DNA of 62,344 bases from Gemmatimonadales bacterium (GTDB lineage: Bacteria; Gemmatimonadota; Gemmatimonadetes; Gemmatimonadales; GWC2-71-9): positions 1 through 62,344 of the forward strand of contig DATGDT010000122.1 of the NCBI GenBank assembly GCA_035310725.1, in the 5' to 3' direction. The notes below the pieces were generated by a model. The model did no database searches, was not told the origin of the DNA, and saw nothing but the letters and a program-made list of their open reading frames with translations. Numbering within the stretch: the first letter of the stretch is position 1; each line of letters starts with the position of its first letter. A program made the position numbers and the translations under genes. Below are positions 60,212-62,344 of this stretch, piece after piece.

Positions 60212-61270
60212 CTATTCCTCCCCGCCGTCGGTGACGCGCGCCATGGGCATCATGCCGGGATCGAGGACCTTCACCACGCCGTCGACCTCCTCGTAGCGCA
60301 TCCCGAAGTTGAGGCCTTCGCGCCGCAGCAGATCCGCGATCTCCCCCAGGGCCTTTTCGCCGACGTTCTTCACCTTCAGGAGGTCTCCTTCGGCGTACTG
60401 CACGAGGTCGCCGAGGGTCCGGATATTGGAGTTCTTGAGCGAGTTCACCGACCGGACCGAGAGCCCGAGGTCGTCGATCGAGCGGGCCAGCGAGGCCGCG
60501 AGCCCGTCGGCAGCGCTGACGCCCACCGTCGGCGTCTCGGCCGCCACCATCGGGACCTTGCCGAAATCCACGAAGAAGCGGAAGTGCTCCTGCGCGAGCG
60601 CCGCCGCGTAGGCGACCGCGTCCTCGGGGGAGATCGTGCCGTTGGTCTCGACCGACAAGGTGAGGCGGTCGTAGTCCGTGCGCTGGCCGACGCGGGTCTC
60701 CGCGACGGTGAAGTTGGCGCGGCGCACCGGGTTGTAGATCGAATCGATGCGCACCACGTCCACCGGCAGCGTCCGGTCGACCGGGTGCTGCTCGGCTTCG
60801 ACGTAGCCGCGGCCCTTGTTCACGTACAGGTCGCCGGCGACTTCGCGGTCGTCCTGCAACGTGAACAGCAGCTGGTCGGGGTTGACCACGCTCACCGCGG
60901 CCTGGGCCTCGATGTCCCGGGCGTACACGGGACCGGCCTGGTCGCGGCGAATGTGCAGCACCGCCTCCTCGACGTCGGGGTCGAGCACCAGGGTCAGCTG
61001 TTTCAGGCGCTGAATGATCTGGTGCACGTCTTCCACGACGCCGGGAATCGTCTGGTGCTCGTGCACGACGCCGTCCAGCCGGAAGGCCCAGACAGCGGCG
61101 CCCCGGAGCGAGGACAGCAGCATGCGGCGCAACGAATTGCCGAGTGTGTAGCCGTAACCGCGCTCCAGCGGCTGCAGCCGGAACTCGGCGGCGTTCGGGT
61201 TGTCCTCGCGCTTGGTCATCTCGACCAGGTGCGGCCGGACGAGCCCCGTCAAATCGAGAGTCGTCATCAC
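60212..61270 (-). CDS. rpoA: DNA-directed RNA polymerase subunit alpha
   Basis: 352 aa. LERGYGYTLGNSLRRMLLSSL is present, and the C-terminal domain contains LSVRSVNSLKNSNIRTLGDLV. Confidence 0.98.
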   Translation of the reverse strand: MMTTLDLTGLVRPHLVEMTKREDNPNAAEFRLQPLERGYGYTLGNSLRRMLLSSLRGAAVWAFRLDGVVHEHQTIPGVVEDVHQIIQRLKQLTLVLDPDVEEAVLHIRRDQAGPVYARDIEAQAAVSVVNPDQLLFTLQDDREVAGDLYVNKGRGYVEAEQHPVDRTLPVDVVRIDSIYNPVRRANFTVAETRVGQRTDYDRLTLSVETNGTISPEDAVAYAAALAQEHFRFFVDFGKVPMVAAETPTVGVSAADGLAASLARSIDDLGLSVRSVNSLKNSNIRTLGDLVQYAEGDLLKVKNVGEKALGEIADLLRREGLNFGMRYEEVDGVVKVLDPGMMPMARVTDGGEE

Positions 61271-61902
61271 TTGGAATAAAGCTCGACGATTAGCTGTTCC
61301 TGCGCGGCGATCGGAATGGTCTCGCGCGTTGGCCGCTCGGTCATCCGCCCGACGGCTTTGTCTCCATCCACCTGAATCCAGCTCACCGGCTGCATGCGCG
61401 TGAACTGCTCACGCGCGATCTTCACCGGCACCAACTCGCGGCTCGTCTCGACGAGCTTGATTTCGTCGCCGGGGCGGATCCGGTAGGACGGGATGTCCAC
61501 CGTCCGGCCGTTGACCTGCACGTGCCGGTGCCGGACCATCTGCCGTGCCTGCCGCCGGGAAATGGCGAAGCCCATCCGGTACACCAGGTTGTCGAGACGG
61601 CTCTCGAGCGCGACGAGCAATGCCTCGCCCGTCACCCCGGGCTCCTTCAGCACGCGCTCGAACACGTTCCGGAACTGCCGCTCCGACAGCCCGTAGATGC
61701 GCTTCACCTTCTGCTTTTCCCGCAGCTGCTTCGAATACTCCGAAGCTTTGCGGCGGCGCCCGGCCGTCTGGCCGTGCTGACCCGGGGCGTAGGCGCGGCG
61801 CTCGACGGCGCACTTCTCCGTGAGGCAGCGCGTGCCCTTCAGGAAGAGCTTGGTGCCCTCACGGCGGCACAGCTTGCAGGCGGGGCCGGTGTAGCGTGCC
61901 AT
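61267..61902 (-). CDS. rpsD: 30S ribosomal protein S4
   Basis: 211 aa. MARYTGPACKLCRREGTKLFLKG... There is an ATGA overlap with rpoA. Confidence 0.98.
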   Translation of the reverse strand: MARYTGPACKLCRREGTKLFLKGTRCLTEKCAVERRAYAPGQHGQTAGRRRKASEYSKQLREKQKVKRIYGLSERQFRNVFERVLKEPGVTGEALLVALESRLDNLVYRMGFAISRRQARQMVRHRHVQVNGRTVDIPSYRIRPGDEIKLVETSRELVPVKIAREQFTRMQPVSWIQVDGDKAVGRMTERPTRETIPIAAQEQLIVELYSK

Positions 61903-61905
61903 GGC

Positions 61906-62298
61906 CTAGACCCGCCGCTTCTTGGGCGGCCGGCACCCGTTGTGCGGGATTGGCGTCACGTCGCGGATCGAGCGGATCTGCAAGCCCGCCGTGGCGAGCG
62001 CCTGAATCGCAGACTCGCGTCCCGATCCGGGGCCCTGGACGCGCACATGCACGCGCTTCACACCGATGTTCACCGCTTCCCGGGCCGCCTGCTCGGCGGC
62101 CACCGTCGCGGCGAACGGCGTGGATTTCTTCGATCCCTTGAAGCCCGCCTTGCCGGAGGACCCCCAGGTGATCGCGTTGCCCTGCATGTCGGTGATCGTG
62201 ATCAGCGTGTTGTTGAACGTCGCGGTGATATGCGCGATGCCCTCCGCTTCCACGACCTTCTTCGTGCGCTTCGCGCCCGTTGCTTTCGCTTGTGCCAT
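61906..62298 (-). CDS. rpsK: 30S ribosomal protein S11
   Basis: 130 aa. [18 protein letters not shown]...[11 protein letters not shown]...[19 protein letters not shown]. Confidence 0.98.
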   Translation of the reverse strand: MAQAKATGAKRTKKVVEAEGIAHITATFNNTLITITDMQGNAITWGSSGKAGFKGSKKSTPFAATVAAEQAAREAVNIGVKRVHVRVQGPGSGRESAIQALATAGLQIRSIRDVTPIPHNGCRPPKKRRV

Positions 62299-62308
62299 GC
62301 CCGTCCGG

Positions 62309-62344
62309 TTACTTTTTCAGGGTCGGTTTCTTCTTGCCTGCGAT
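62309..62344 (-). CDS. rpsM: 30S ribosomal protein S13, last 11 codons only (gene continues beyond the window)
   Basis: Minus-strand translation gives ...[11 protein letters not shown] followed by a stop (TAA at 62309-62311). The position upstream of rpsK fits the conserved rpsM-rpsK-rpsD-rpoA-rplQ order. Confidence 0.7.
   Translation of the reverse strand: MAGKKKPTLKK

Overview
62.3 kb of very GC-rich chromosomal DNA (third codon positions are almost all G/C by eye; not computed) from a diderm bacterium. High GC together with an LptD-like protein of the Bacteroidota/FCB type suggests Gemmatimonadota or a relative, but that is a guess I cannot verify. All calls come from reading the ORF track, hand-translating a few regions and recalling conserved motifs. 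No searches were run.

I support about 59 protein genes, and all except ppiD and rpmB lie on the minus strand. Most are joined by 1-17 nt overlaps or gaps under 15 nt, so the window reads as a few very long, translationally coupled operons.

Content from left to right:
- recA (5' part) and yraN.
- TPR-aroQ-M24 peptidase-accB-pilT/pilU-like-accC-comB-like-ftsK.
- ppiD on the plus strand.
- hutH-hutU-hutI-TPR-polyprenyl synthase-DUF4321-like-tatA.
- A lipoprotein with FN3-like modules.
- A Tol-Pal cluster (tolQ-tolR-TonB/TolA-like-tolB-pal-cpoB) running straight into a 1170-codon ORF that fuses TatC to an LptD/OstA-like protein.
- A GalE-like epimerase, a LysM protein, and ssb with a perfect consensus promoter.
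- rimI-tsaB-tsaE, uvrB, rel, radC, secA, nadD, bamD preceded by two helical-repeat proteins.
- A nucleotide-sugar gene set (UDP-GlcA 4-epimerase-like, UDP-xylose synthase, ugd, wbpA/B/E/D-like, gmd, rmd) interrupted by murB and carB.
- rpmB, then the rpsM(end)-rpsK-rpsD-rpoA-rplQ ribosomal cluster.

I found no rRNA, tRNA, CRISPR array, transposase, integrase, toxin-antitoxin or recognisable defence genes. This is a core-genome region, not an accessory island.

The most unusual item is the TatC-LptD-like fusion ORF at the end of the Tol-Pal operon. Secondary curiosities:
- A PilT/PilU-type ATPase translationally coupled between accB and accC.
- Lys/Ala/Pro-rich N-terminal extensions on MurB and Gmd. 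The MurB extension overlaps the carB tail.
- A DUF4321-like gene coupled to tatA.
- An uncharacterised lipoprotein downstream of the LptD-like gene.

The many long Arg/Pro/Gly-rich ORFs in the track are high-GC shadow frames and were rejected.
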